The translations under genes and the position numbers were made by a program. A stretch of DNA of 64,000 bases. It comes from Pseudomonadota bacterium. GTDB lineage: Bacteria; UBA10199; 2-02-FULL-44-16; JAAZCA01. How positions within the stretch are numbered: position 1 is the stretch's first letter; each line of letters opens with the position of its first letter. Shown in pieces: positions 46,077-54,758 of this stretch. The notes beneath the pieces are model-generated. The model worked only from the letters and a program-made list of their open reading frames with translations. It searched no databases and was not told the origin of the DNA. The stretch is taken from contig JAZDOG010000102.1 of NCBI GenBank assembly GCA_043798915.1, forward strand, positions 14,249 to 78,248. The letters are read 5' to 3'.

Positions 46077-47540
46077 TCAATCAATAGGCAGCACATCACT
46101 TTTTTTAGCCTTTATGCGTTCAACTGTGTTTACGGCCTTTCGAAAGCATGGATGGATTTGAACTTCCTCAAAACGGGGTTCATGACGTTCCTCATTAGAA
46201 TAATAAATTTTGCTTCCACCCTCTCCCCCCTTCACAAAATCACCCAAAAACCCGATTTCATAAAGTACTCGCATAAAAGCTCTAATGTCAGTGCTCTCAA
46301 CAATTTGGTTCCACCATTGCGCATTCAATTCCACTCCTGCTGCAAGTTGCAGCAGCATATCTTCAACCTCCATCTTCGACAAATGATATTTATGGCGAAA
46401 GAATTTCGTCTTCCAGTAGTTGAAGATTGCCACAAGACCCGGATATTGGTTTGAATACTCCGCGCAAAGGTCGTCCAGCTTCCATGATGAATATGGGCCT
46501 TCTGATGCCTTTAGCGCATCGGCGCTCGGCAGTGCTCCTTCAACAGATTCCGTGTAGTACCTTGCCAGCTGAATGAGCTCCCTGGGCCTGCCAAGTGTGC
46601 GCTCAACGAGCCAATTATCAGCATTGCTAGTTCCAATTGTGACTGGAAACACAGTTGAGAAGGGAGATTTCTCGGCTAGTAAGTTGTGGCAAACTCTATT
46701 ATAGTTTATTCGCTGATGGAGAATATTTAACAAGTCTTCCTTGTTCCAACGAACGCGCTCAATATTTCTATACTTGTCTGCGTGCTGCGTTTTTGTGATA
46801 AGAATGGAATATACATCTTCACGCATAAACACACATGTGAAAATGTTAGGCGATCTCCCAGAGAGATAATTTGTTGCAGCCAGGAGACCAAGGAGCATAT
46901 TGTTCGCGGTTAAAGAATTATCCCAACCCAGATCAAGATCATCGATCAATACAACAAATTTACCACCATCATTAGCAATCTTCTGCATATGGTGTTCAAG
47001 GGATTCAACTTCCGCAATACTACGAAGTTCTCGCTCTACGTTGATTCCAAATTCTCCCAAGGATCCAACCTTGCCTTTAACTTTAGCAAGAATATCGGCT
47101 ACATTCTCAACGAGGTCTTTTGAGGTGCGGTTCAGTTCCACTGCAATGTGTCGCGCAAATTCGATGCTGTCTTGGGCAAACTGACCTTTAGCTTTATCAC
47201 CAACGACGCACAAAGAATCGAGTAGTATCTGGCGTAGCCAAACATGTTGAAAAAATATCTCCTCACCGAAAGTGTCAACTATATCTTTTTCATTAAGAAC
47301 GCTCTTGATTGAATTATATTTGGGCGAGATATTAATAACGAAAGTATTAGCTTGATCTTGGAAGTTCTGTTCGAGCTTTTTTCTAAGAGCGCTCTTGCCT
47401 GAACCTTTGCGACCGATGACGATGCATTTGCTCTTTTCATAAATACGACGAAACGCATCTGAGCTAACAAAATATTCAAGAAGATTGGGATCTTTTTCTG
47501 CGCTATCATCGCCCCATTGAATATCTGCGATCTTCATCAT
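46077..47540 (-). CDS. orphan P-loop NTPase (487 aa) with an uncharacterised C-terminal half
   Basis: Walker A GRKGSGKSAL, Walker B FVVLIDDLDLGWD. aggagg SD before the ATG. The gene is AT-rich, unlike the surrounding core genes. Confidence 0.8.
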   Translation of the reverse strand: MMKIADIQWGDDSAEKDPNLLEYFVSSDAFRRIYEKSKCIVIGRKGSGKSALRKKLEQNFQDQANTFVINISPKYNSIKSVLNEKDIVDTFGEEIFFQHVWLRQILLDSLCVVGDKAKGQFAQDSIEFARHIAVELNRTSKDLVENVADILAKVKGKVGSLGEFGINVERELRSIAEVESLEHHMQKIANDGGKFVVLIDDLDLGWDNSLTANNMLLGLLAATNYLSGRSPNIFTCVFMREDVYSILITKTQHADKYRNIERVRWNKEDLLNILHQRINYNRVCHNLLAEKSPFSTVFPVTIGTSNADNWLVERTLGRPRELIQLARYYTESVEGALPSADALKASEGPYSSWKLDDLCAEYSNQYPGLVAIFNYWKTKFFRHKYHLSKMEVEDMLLQLAAGVELNAQWWNQIVESTDIRAFMRVLYEIGFLGDFVKGGEGGSKIYYSNEERHEPRFEEVQIHPCFRKAVNTVERIKAKKSDVLPID

Positions 47541-47863
47541 GCCTCCTATTTGTCGTAAGACTTTCTCTTTTGCATCTGTACCAATTCAATGCCTTCAAGT
47601 CGAGGGTTCTTATCAGCTGGCGGCCGTTCATCTTGCCGGTTAGGGACCCATTTACACCACCACAGAGAGTTTGAATCCTTTTAATTTGAGCCTTCGATCA
47701 TTTCATGGGTATATAAACAGGGGATTTAAGCGGGACGCCGCTTTAAAGATTCCACAAGCTGGGATCCCCCGTCCAGATTGAACAGGAACAGGGGTTGTGC
47801 CAGTTAGCCGATGAGGTGCCTAATTGCACACGAAGGTTGCTCGCTATATGGAGTGGTGAAAGA

Positions 47864-48087
47864 GGGGATGACCTCATCAGGCACCTCGCGGAACGAACCG
47901 ATTTGGTCGGCGAAATGCCGCCGGTCGTGTTCCTTATGCTGTTCACGACGCCGAAGGCTGTTTGATCCGAGCGCTCAACAATCTGACGTTGATTCTGTTG
48001 AGCGCTCGGGAGTTGCCTGAGGCGAGGCGGCATGAGACCGTTACCAAATCGTGCGAGTGTAGCGCTGGTGCCTGGTGAGGTCATCCC
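47864..48087. other. inverted-repeat-bounded structured element (candidate ncRNA or MITE)
   Basis: A 21-bp closing helix joins 47865-47885 and 48067-48087 (one T.G position). Nested inside are helices cgatttggt/accaaatcg, atgccgcc/ggcggcat, gtcgtg/cacgac and the 14-bp hairpin ccgagcgctcaaca/tgttgagcgctcgg. A third partial copy of the arm is at 47809-47820. Confidence 0.5.
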
Positions 48088-48123
48088 ATCTTTCGCCACA
48101 ACCAATGATTTCACGGGATCGCC

Positions 48124-48164
48124 ACGTCGGCCTTCGGCCTCCTCGCGATGACAGCGAGGACTGA
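48124..48164. repeat. family-2 repeat, right-half copy
   Basis: gggatcgccacgtcg...cctcctcgcgatgacag matches the right half of 22737-22786. Confidence 0.7.
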
Positions 48165-49331
48165 TTATTTATACAGGAGATGCACCTTGCGTTCGGACAG
48201 AAGATTTGCGGGTGTCTTACACATCGACTTCAAATCGTCCAAAGAAAGCGCGTCGATTCCCTCGCGGAATTTGGATGAACCGGTGAGGAGGTCGATCGCC
48301 GGGCGGTTCGTGACGAATTCGTATGGCTCATGGCGCCACTCGAAGCCGCGCCCTTTGTAGAGCTTGTTCACAAGCCAGAGGAACGCGAGCCCCGTGAGAT
48401 ATGGCTCAAATGCGCCGACGTCGCTTATTATCCATCGGACTCCGTTGCAGATGAGGCTCTTCCATTTCTGCCGCGTCGGGATGAAGGATGAAGGGGCGAC
48501 TCGCACGCCGGGGAGTTTCAGCGCCCCAAATGCCTCGATGATCTCCTCCGAATCGATATAGGGTGCGCCCACTATCTCAAACGGGGTGTCGGTCCCGCGC
48601 CCCTCGGAGATGTTGGTCCCCTCGATGAGGCACATCCCGGGATAGAGGAGCGCTGCGGTGTATGAGCACATGTTGGGCGAGGGGTTGGTCCATGGGATGC
48701 CGGTGTCGGTCCAGCTCATGTCTCGCCGCCAGCCCTCCATCGGGACGACCGTGAGATTTGCGCCGATCCCGGCCCGATTGTTCATTAACTGAACGATCTC
48801 GCCGATCGTCATCCCGTGCCTGACCGGCAGCGAATGGAGGCCGACGAATGACTCGAAGTCCTCCTCGATCCCGCCCCCCTCGACCCGCGTGCCGCCGATT
48901 GGGTTCGGCCTGTCGCAGACGACGACCTGCTTCCCCGCCTCCGCGCAGGCCTCGGCGCAGAGGCTCGCGGTCCAGACGTAGGTGTAGTAACGGCTGCCGA
49001 CGTCCTGGAGGTCGACCACGAGGACATCTATGCCCTCTAGCATCGCCGCCGTGGGTTTGAGCGAATCGAGCGTTGCGCCGTAGAGGCTGTGTATCTGGAT
49101 GCCGCTCGACGGATCGACGGCGGAGGAGACCGCCTCCATGTCCTGTGCCATCGTGAGCAGCCCGTGCTCCGGACCAAAGAGGGCGGCCATTTTCCCGCCG
49201 CCTCTCGCAATCCGGTCCACTGCATGCAGTCCCTCCGCGTTCAGGCTTGCTGCATGCGCAAGGACGCCGATCCTCCGGCCCTTGAGGAACTCCAACCGCG
49301 AATCCATGAGGACATCTATTCCGAGACGCAT
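48165..49331 (-). CDS. DUF1343 family protein (NamZ-type exo-beta-N-acetylmuramidase family)
   Basis: 388 aa. GIDVL....L.FLKG.RIGVL.H.AS at the N-terminus and overall length fit DUF1343. Confidence 0.8.
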   Translation of the reverse strand: MRLGIDVLMDSRLEFLKGRRIGVLAHAASLNAEGLHAVDRIARGGGKMAALFGPEHGLLTMAQDMEAVSSAVDPSSGIQIHSLYGATLDSLKPTAAMLEGIDVLVVDLQDVGSRYYTYVWTASLCAEACAEAGKQVVVCDRPNPIGGTRVEGGGIEEDFESFVGLHSLPVRHGMTIGEIVQLMNNRAGIGANLTVVPMEGWRRDMSWTDTGIPWTNPSPNMCSYTAALLYPGMCLIEGTNISEGRGTDTPFEIVGAPYIDSEEIIEAFGALKLPGVRVAPSSFIPTRQKWKSLICNGVRWIISDVGAFEPYLTGLAFLWLVNKLYKGRGFEWRHEPYEFVTNRPAIDLLTGSSKFREGIDALSLDDLKSMCKTPANLLSERKVHLLYK

Positions 49332-49445
49332 ATGAAGTTTCTATCAGAATTTTTTCTGAAAGTCAGGCACAGAGTCGGGTGATTGACGTCTGAGGCGGTT
49401 CACGATAGAGCACGAAGCCTGTTCGCCAATCAAGGAGGGAGATCC

Positions 49446-50708
49446 ATGAAGCTCAATCAGGACCGGCTCGTCGACAGATTCGTGAAGTACGCCCGGATCG
49501 ACACCCAATCGGACCCGGAATCCAAAGCCACCCCCAGCACGCCGGGGCAGCTCGTGCTCGCGACGATCGTCGCCGAGGACATGCGCCAGGCTGGGATCGC
49601 CGACGTCCAGATGATGGCGGAGGGCTTCGTCTTCGGGACCATCCCCGAGAATCTCCCCGAGAACCATCCGGCGAAGGGCAAGGCCCCGACGCTCGGTTTT
49701 CTGGCGCACTTCGACACGGCGGGCGAAGCGCCGGGGGCGAACGTCGAACCACAATTCATCAAAAACTATCAGGGAGGAGCGGTTCGTTTCCCCAAGAATC
49801 CGGAGATCACGCTCACGCCGGACACCACCCCGCACCTCAAGCGCTGCATCGGCCACACTCTCATCACGAGCGACGGGACGACGCTCCTGGGCGGAGGTGA
49901 CAAGGCGGGCATCGCGCTGCTCGTGGAGCTCGCGCACGCCTGTCGGGAAAATCCGGAGATCCTGCACGGAAAAATCCGCCTCGCGATCATCCCGGACGAA
50001 GAGATCGGCGTCGGAACGGAAAAGCTCGACCTTAAGACATTCAGCGCCGACGTCGCCTACACGTTCGACGGCGGCGAGATGGGCGAGATCGACATCGAGA
50101 GCTTCAACGGCTTCATGGGCAAGGTCGAGGTGGAGGGCTACGCCGCATTCCCGGGCTACGGCAAGGGGGTCTACCTCAACGCGATCCAGGTCCTCTCGAA
50201 GTTCATCGCGGCGATGGAAGATCGACGATGGCCGCAAAACTCCGACGGCCGCGACCCGATCTGGTGGATCCAGAGCATGGAGGGCAAGGTCGCCAGGGCC
50301 TCCGCGGCGGTCTACCTGCGCGACTTCGACCTGCAGGGCATCGAGAAACAGAAGCAGATCCTCGCCGGAGTTCGGCAGCAGATCCTCAAGGAGTTCCCCA
50401 AGGCGAAGATCGCGATCGACATCGACGAGAGCTATCGCAATTACAAATTCCTGCTGGAGAAGGACCCCCGGATCGTCGCGTACGCCGAAGAGGCGATGCG
50501 CCGCATCGGCATCGAACCCAGGAAAAACTACGTGCGCGGAGGCAACGACGCCTGCCACCTCTGCGTCAACGGGCTCCTCTCGACCAATCTCTTCGTCGGC
50601 ATGCAGAACATGCACAGCCTCGCCGAATGGAACACGGTCGAGTCGATCGAGGGGGCGCTCAAGACCGCGATCTCCCTCTGCGGCGTCTGGCTCGACCATT
50701 CAGTTTAA
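49446..50708 (+). CDS. pepT: peptidase T (tripeptide aminopeptidase, M20B)
   Basis: ORF track 49383..50708. The ATG at 49446 follows aaggaggg. Colinear with remembered E. coli PepT (L..RF..Y..IDTQS, H.DT, LITSDGTTLLGGGDKAG, PDEEIG). Confidence 0.9.
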   Translation: MKLNQDRLVDRFVKYARIDTQSDPESKATPSTPGQLVLATIVAEDMRQAGIADVQMMAEGFVFGTIPENLPENHPAKGKAPTLGFLAHFDTAGEAPGANVEPQFIKNYQGGAVRFPKNPEITLTPDTTPHLKRCIGHTLITSDGTTLLGGGDKAGIALLVELAHACRENPEILHGKIRLAIIPDEEIGVGTEKLDLKTFSADVAYTFDGGEMGEIDIESFNGFMGKVEVEGYAAFPGYGKGVYLNAIQVLSKFIAAMEDRRWPQNSDGRDPIWWIQSMEGKVARASAAVYLRDFDLQGIEKQKQILAGVRQQILKEFPKAKIAIDIDESYRNYKFLLEKDPRIVAYAEEAMRRIGIEPRKNYVRGGNDACHLCVNGLLSTNLFVGMQNMHSLAEWNTVESIEGALKTAISLCGVWLDHSV

Positions 50709-50721
50709 AAGGAGAAATACT

Positions 50722-51111
50722 ATGTCACTCAAAATAGTGAATACGGAGAAAGCACCGAAGGCGGTGGGGCCTTACAGCCAGGCGATCCGCGCCGGGGAGT
50801 TCCTCTTCTGCTCCGGCCAGATCCCGATCGATCCGGCCACCGGCAGGCTCGAGCTCTTCGACGGCAACGTCGCCGAGCAGACGAAGATCGTGATGACGAA
50901 TCTCAAAGCGGTGCTCGCGGCAGAGGGTCTGTCGTTCAAGGACGTGGTGAAGACCACGATATATCTCTCGGACATGGAGAACTTCGCCCAGGTCAACGAG
51001 ATGTACGCCTCGTTCCTCGGCGACCATAGGCCGGCGCGGGCGACCGTCGAGGTCGCCCGCCTCCCCAAGGATGTCGGCGTGGAGATCGACGCCATAGCCT
51101 GGGCAGGATAA
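50722..51111 (+). CDS. ridA: RidA family reactive-intermediate deaminase
   Basis: 129 aa; TEKAPKAVGPYSQAI, CSGQIPIDP, ...[23 protein letters not shown]. Confidence 0.93.
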   Translation: MSLKIVNTEKAPKAVGPYSQAIRAGEFLFCSGQIPIDPATGRLELFDGNVAEQTKIVMTNLKAVLAAEGLSFKDVVKTTIYLSDMENFAQVNEMYASFLGDHRPARATVEVARLPKDVGVEIDAIAWAG

Positions 51112-51250
51112 TGCCAATGGCATTGCAAAATAATGATAAAAATCAATATATTGAAAAGAAAAAACTCCAATAGTCATCATATCTCTTGATAACTACATAA
51201 AATGTGTATACGCTTATTATGTATACATAATAAGTATACGTGGAGTGCTT

Positions 51251-52381
51251 ATGAAAAATCCTTTTCGCTACGGCGTACCCGTAAGTGGCGATTATTATTT
51301 TCCGCGCCCTGATTTTTCGAAAAAACTTTCTCCCTATACCCTGTCGGGTCAGAAAATCCTTCTATATGGCCGCAGGAGGTTTGGAAAAACTTCGTTTCTG
51401 AAGGAGTACTCCGACACCCTCAAAGAGAAAGGCAGCGCGTCCGTATTCGTCGACGTCTATCCCATCACATCGTTGCGCGATTTCCTGCATGCCCTGTCTG
51501 CCGGCATAAAGGAGAGCGGGCTTCTTTCGACGACGGATCGAATGAAAGGGATCGTATTCGATCTCTTCCGAACCCGGCCACGACTCGCTGTGGAGGGAGA
51601 CTCCACTTCGCTCGATTTTTTCATTCCGTCGCTTAAAGACGACGATGTCAAATCCGCCATCGAAGATACGATCCGGCTCTTTGGAAAAATCGCCGAAGCG
51701 CAGCCGATCGTCGTCGTCTTCGATGAGTTCCAGAAGATTGCTGAAATAGATGACGCGGGATGGCTCGAGGGAACGCTCCGGAGCGAAATACAAAAACAGG
51801 AGGCCGTGCCTTACATATTCTGCGGCTCGCGGCGAGGCCTCATACTCGATATGTTTCAAAACTCTTCGAGACCGTTCTATCAGATGTGCACGGCCATAGA
51901 ACTCCCCCGCCTGCAGGATGATTTTGCGAAGTGGCTGCGCACAAAACTGCTCGGCGCAAAAGTCGCCATCGATTCTGAAACATCACTTGCCTTGCTGGAC
52001 AAAATCAATTGGAGTCCTAACTACGCTCAGATGATCGCATTTCACCTTGTAGCGGATCCTCCCGAAGGAAATGTCAGCGTCGATGATATTGAACGCGTCC
52101 TGGATGCGCTCTGCCAGCTGAACGGCTACACGTATATGACGCTCTACGATTCGCTCGGCGCAAATGCGCAGCGGCTCCTGCGCCTTGTCGCAAAAAATCC
52201 AGGCCAGAGCCCCTTCCGCCAGGAACTGATGGCAACATTCGATTTGAGAACGTCGGGCGTTCAGTCCGCCATTCGCAGCCTGATCAACAGACACATCCTG
52301 GATGACACGACGTCGGGCGGGAACGTTTATTTTGACGATCCGCTTTTTTCCAGATGGCTCAAGACCAGGTTGGGGTACTGA
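51251..52381 (+). CDS. ATPase_2 (archaeal-ATPase, PF01637-like) orphan AAA ATPase with C-terminal winged-helix region
   Basis: [18 protein letters not shown]...[14 protein letters not shown] (Walker A), VVVFDEFQ (Walker B). Preceded by a very AT-rich 140-nt region. Confidence 0.8.
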   Translation: MKNPFRYGVPVSGDYYFPRPDFSKKLSPYTLSGQKILLYGRRRFGKTSFLKEYSDTLKEKGSASVFVDVYPITSLRDFLHALSAGIKESGLLSTTDRMKGIVFDLFRTRPRLAVEGDSTSLDFFIPSLKDDDVKSAIEDTIRLFGKIAEAQPIVVVFDEFQKIAEIDDAGWLEGTLRSEIQKQEAVPYIFCGSRRGLILDMFQNSSRPFYQMCTAIELPRLQDDFAKWLRTKLLGAKVAIDSETSLALLDKINWSPNYAQMIAFHLVADPPEGNVSVDDIERVLDALCQLNGYTYMTLYDSLGANAQRLLRLVAKNPGQSPFRQELMATFDLRTSGVQSAIRSLINRHILDDTTSGGNVYFDDPLFSRWLKTRLGY

Positions 52382-52400
52382 AGCGACCAAAGCGCACATC

Positions 52401-52496
52401 CTGGGCGACCACAGGCCGGCGCGGGCGACCGTCGAGGTGGCCCGCCTCCCCAAGGATGTCGCAGTGGAGATCGATGCCATAGCCTGGGCTAAATGA
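52401..52496 (+). pseudogene. duplicated 3' fragment of ridA
   Basis: ~96 nt with about ten mismatches to 51016-51111, encoding [31 protein letters not shown] versus [31 protein letters not shown]. There is no upstream ridA body. Confidence 0.85.
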
Positions 52497-52512
52497 CGCC
52501 GAAATTTGCGCG

Positions 52513-54267
52513 TCATCTATTCCTGGTCGCCAAGGTCAGATACGCTCCTCCGTTCTCTATCAACAATCTTAGGTCGATGAGATCCTGGAGCGCGCTGTCT
52601 CGGCAGGCGAGTTCGTTCCGTTTTTTCGGCGTCAGACATGCAACGAGAATGTCGCTGTGGGGGGGGGTCAATGTATAGTCAAACCACTTTCTACTGGTTG
52701 TTCTTCGATCTTTCACCCGACAATAATCCTTTCCACCAACATACAATTCAAGCGCGCCTCCATCTTCGCCATTCACAATTGACGCTGGGAGAACGCACTT
52801 CGCAGTAGGGCGCGGAGCATAATCCCAATAAAGCGTCGGCTTGAATCTGTAGCGCTTCGGCAAAATCATTTTGTAAAAGTTCGCCGGAGACATCGCCACG
52901 ATTCCACCCTCCGCAGGATAGCCGAAATATCTGCTTCCGTATTTCAGATTGAACGGCATCTGCGAGACAACTCCGTTGATGAGGTGGGAAATGGCGCTCA
53001 GCGTTGTCCGGTTTAGTGCATAATCGTCTCGGGCTCCTCCGGGGTAAGGAGATATAATCGTAAAATCTGCAGTTATGCCAAGACTCTTGGCAGTCTGCAG
53101 CATCACAATATTTTCCAGCGCCGTTACTCCCTTTTTCATCTTTTCAAGGAGTTCATCGCTGAACGATTCTATTCCGACAAAACAGCGCCGCAGCCCGGCT
53201 TTCGAGAGAAGCTCGAAATGCCTGGCGGAAATGCTGGCCCTCAACGCCATGCCAAAATTATAATCATAAGGCGAATCGATAAGGGCTTTGGCGAGCGACT
53301 CCAATTTATTGGGCTGCACCGAGTCGGCAAAGTAAAAATTCAAGCACCTGTGCCGCTTTGCCAGATGTTCCATGCCCGCCACGACGCGATCATCCGACAT
53401 CCGTTCATATGAGCGATGCCCATAACAAACATAATTGCAGAAAGTACATTTTCTCCACCAACAGCCCCTGCTCGCTTCAACTGGAATTTCGGAAGAAATT
53501 TCAACCTGTGATTTTATCCTTCGAAGCGACGGGGAATTAAAATAATCGTCATAGTCCGGGAAAGGAAGGCTCTCAAGGTCTATTGGTTTTCTCAAAGCTT
53601 TATTGATTGTAACCGCTTTTCCAACTCTGCGGCACGTCCCTGCCGGCGCTTCATGCGTTCCCCTCTCTACGATCCTCACAATCTCCGACAGCACTCCCTC
53701 GCCCTCTCCATCTACAACCCAATCGATAAAAGAAAACGCTTTTGCCAATGCGCGTCCGACCTCGCCTATGCACTCTGACCCCCCAAAAATGACTTGAACG
53801 CTTGGATAAAGCTTCTTGACGATATATCCGCAGAACAATGCCGGCATCAGATTGTAATTGGCGCTCACCCCAACAACAGCATAAGGAAATCTTTTTTCCC
53901 AGCGCCTGGCGAGGTGATTGTTGAAACACAGGACGCTTCTCCGGAGTTTGATGAATAATTTTCGCTGATTTTTTTTAGGATCGCGATAGACAGACCTCAT
54001 CGTCTGCAGGTAACGTCTCTCTGATAAATGTTTGGGGAATACCGCTGACGAATAGAGTATATCGGGCAGCTTGCCCAGCGCCTTCCTTCCCATCCACTCC
54101 CGCAGCTCATTGTCAAGATACGCATGAAGATCGAGGTTCGTGTAATGACAATCGCATGACATCCCCTCTGCGCTCAGAGAGGCCTTCAAACGTCCGAGCG
54201 CACAGGATGGCTGATGTATTGGAGCTAGCGGTGGCTGGATAAGGAGAATTCGTCGTTCGTCTGTCAT
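52513..54267 (-). CDS. radical SAM protein with an N-terminal B12-binding-like domain (RiPP-maturase-like)
   Basis: ORF track 52513..54276 (ATG at 54267). RGCWWRKCTFCN = CxxxCxxC cluster. N-terminal ILLIQPPLAPIHQPSCALGRLKASLSAEGMSCDCHYTNLDL resembles the start of TIGR03975-type RiPP radical SAM maturases (from memory). Confidence 0.8.
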   Translation of the reverse strand: MTDERRILLIQPPLAPIHQPSCALGRLKASLSAEGMSCDCHYTNLDLHAYLDNELREWMGRKALGKLPDILYSSAVFPKHLSERRYLQTMRSVYRDPKKNQRKLFIKLRRSVLCFNNHLARRWEKRFPYAVVGVSANYNLMPALFCGYIVKKLYPSVQVIFGGSECIGEVGRALAKAFSFIDWVVDGEGEGVLSEIVRIVERGTHEAPAGTCRRVGKAVTINKALRKPIDLESLPFPDYDDYFNSPSLRRIKSQVEISSEIPVEASRGCWWRKCTFCNYVCYGHRSYERMSDDRVVAGMEHLAKRHRCLNFYFADSVQPNKLESLAKALIDSPYDYNFGMALRASISARHFELLSKAGLRRCFVGIESFSDELLEKMKKGVTALENIVMLQTAKSLGITADFTIISPYPGGARDDYALNRTTLSAISHLINGVVSQMPFNLKYGSRYFGYPAEGGIVAMSPANFYKMILPKRYRFKPTLYWDYAPRPTAKCVLPASIVNGEDGGALELYVGGKDYCRVKDRRTTSRKWFDYTLTPPHSDILVACLTPKKRNELACRDSALQDLIDLRLLIENGGAYLTLATRNR

Positions 54268-54434
54268 AATGAACAACGAGTGTCGTTGCCGGTCTCGTTC
54301 CTCGACGAACCCGCCGCATCAGATGAAGGCAACGCGCGCTCGCAGATCAGCAGTTAATAAACCAAGCCACACAGCGCCTGGCCTTATCGCACCAACACTT
54401 TTAAAACAAAATTCCACGATCCTACCAAGAATCG

Positions 54435-54593
54435 CTACTTTTTGGTGCTTTTCGGAACTCCCACATCATATCCCTTATCATATCCTTTCCCCCATGGGGC
54501 GTTCTTTGAAGCAGCATTTGGATTCCCTGCCGTTTTCCCCGGCCTGGGCGGAACCACCACAACCTTCGGCTGCACCGTCTTAGTGACCGCCAT
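54435..54593 (-). CDS. unannotated 52-codon ORF (Lys-rich peptide), candidate precursor peptide
   Basis: My own translation of the minus strand: aggaggtgtatATG then MAVTKTVQPKVVVVPPRPGKTAGNPNAASKNAPWGKGYDKGYDVGVPKSTKK*. Strong SD. Same strand as the radical SAM gene and 158 nt upstream of it. Too short for the ORF track. Confidence 0.45.
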   Translation of the reverse strand: MAVTKTVQPKVVVVPPRPGKTAGNPNAASKNAPWGKGYDKGYDVGVPKSTKK

Positions 54594-54758
54594 ATACACC
54601 TCCTCTTGTTTTTATTCCCAGATAACCATTTATATTTTACTATTGTTATTGGTTGAAATCAATTAAATCAAAAACGTCGCGTTCGATACTATAATATATA
54701 TAAACCCAAGACGTCGTTATTGCCTGTGTCTGGCGATTCGTGCTAATGGATACCGGTC

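Noticed and set aside
47741-48120. Tested this intergenic region as tmRNA, RNase P RNA, 6S RNA, SRP RNA, or a cobalamin or TPP riboswitch. Also considered the 123-aa minus-strand ORF 47743..48114.
   Set aside because: I could not find the diagnostic motifs: no tRNA-like GGUUCGAxUCC T-arm plus CCA end, no GGAAAGUCCGG/ACAGAACCCGGCUUA, no B12 box and no CUGAGA/ACCUGAUCUGG. The ORF is low-complexity Ser/Arg/Gly. It is kept only as an unclassified structured element.
49897-50721. Long N-terminal extension of the ridA frame (404-aa ORF 49897..51111) overlapping pepT.
   Set aside because: The extension is Ser/Arg-rich nonsense out of frame with pepT. RidA homology starts at the ATG at 50722, which has its own SD (aaaggag).
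51112-51130. Small hairpin atgcc-aat-ggcat immediately after the ridA stop, considered as a terminator.
   Set aside because: It has only a 5-bp stem and no following T-tract, which is insufficient for a terminator call.
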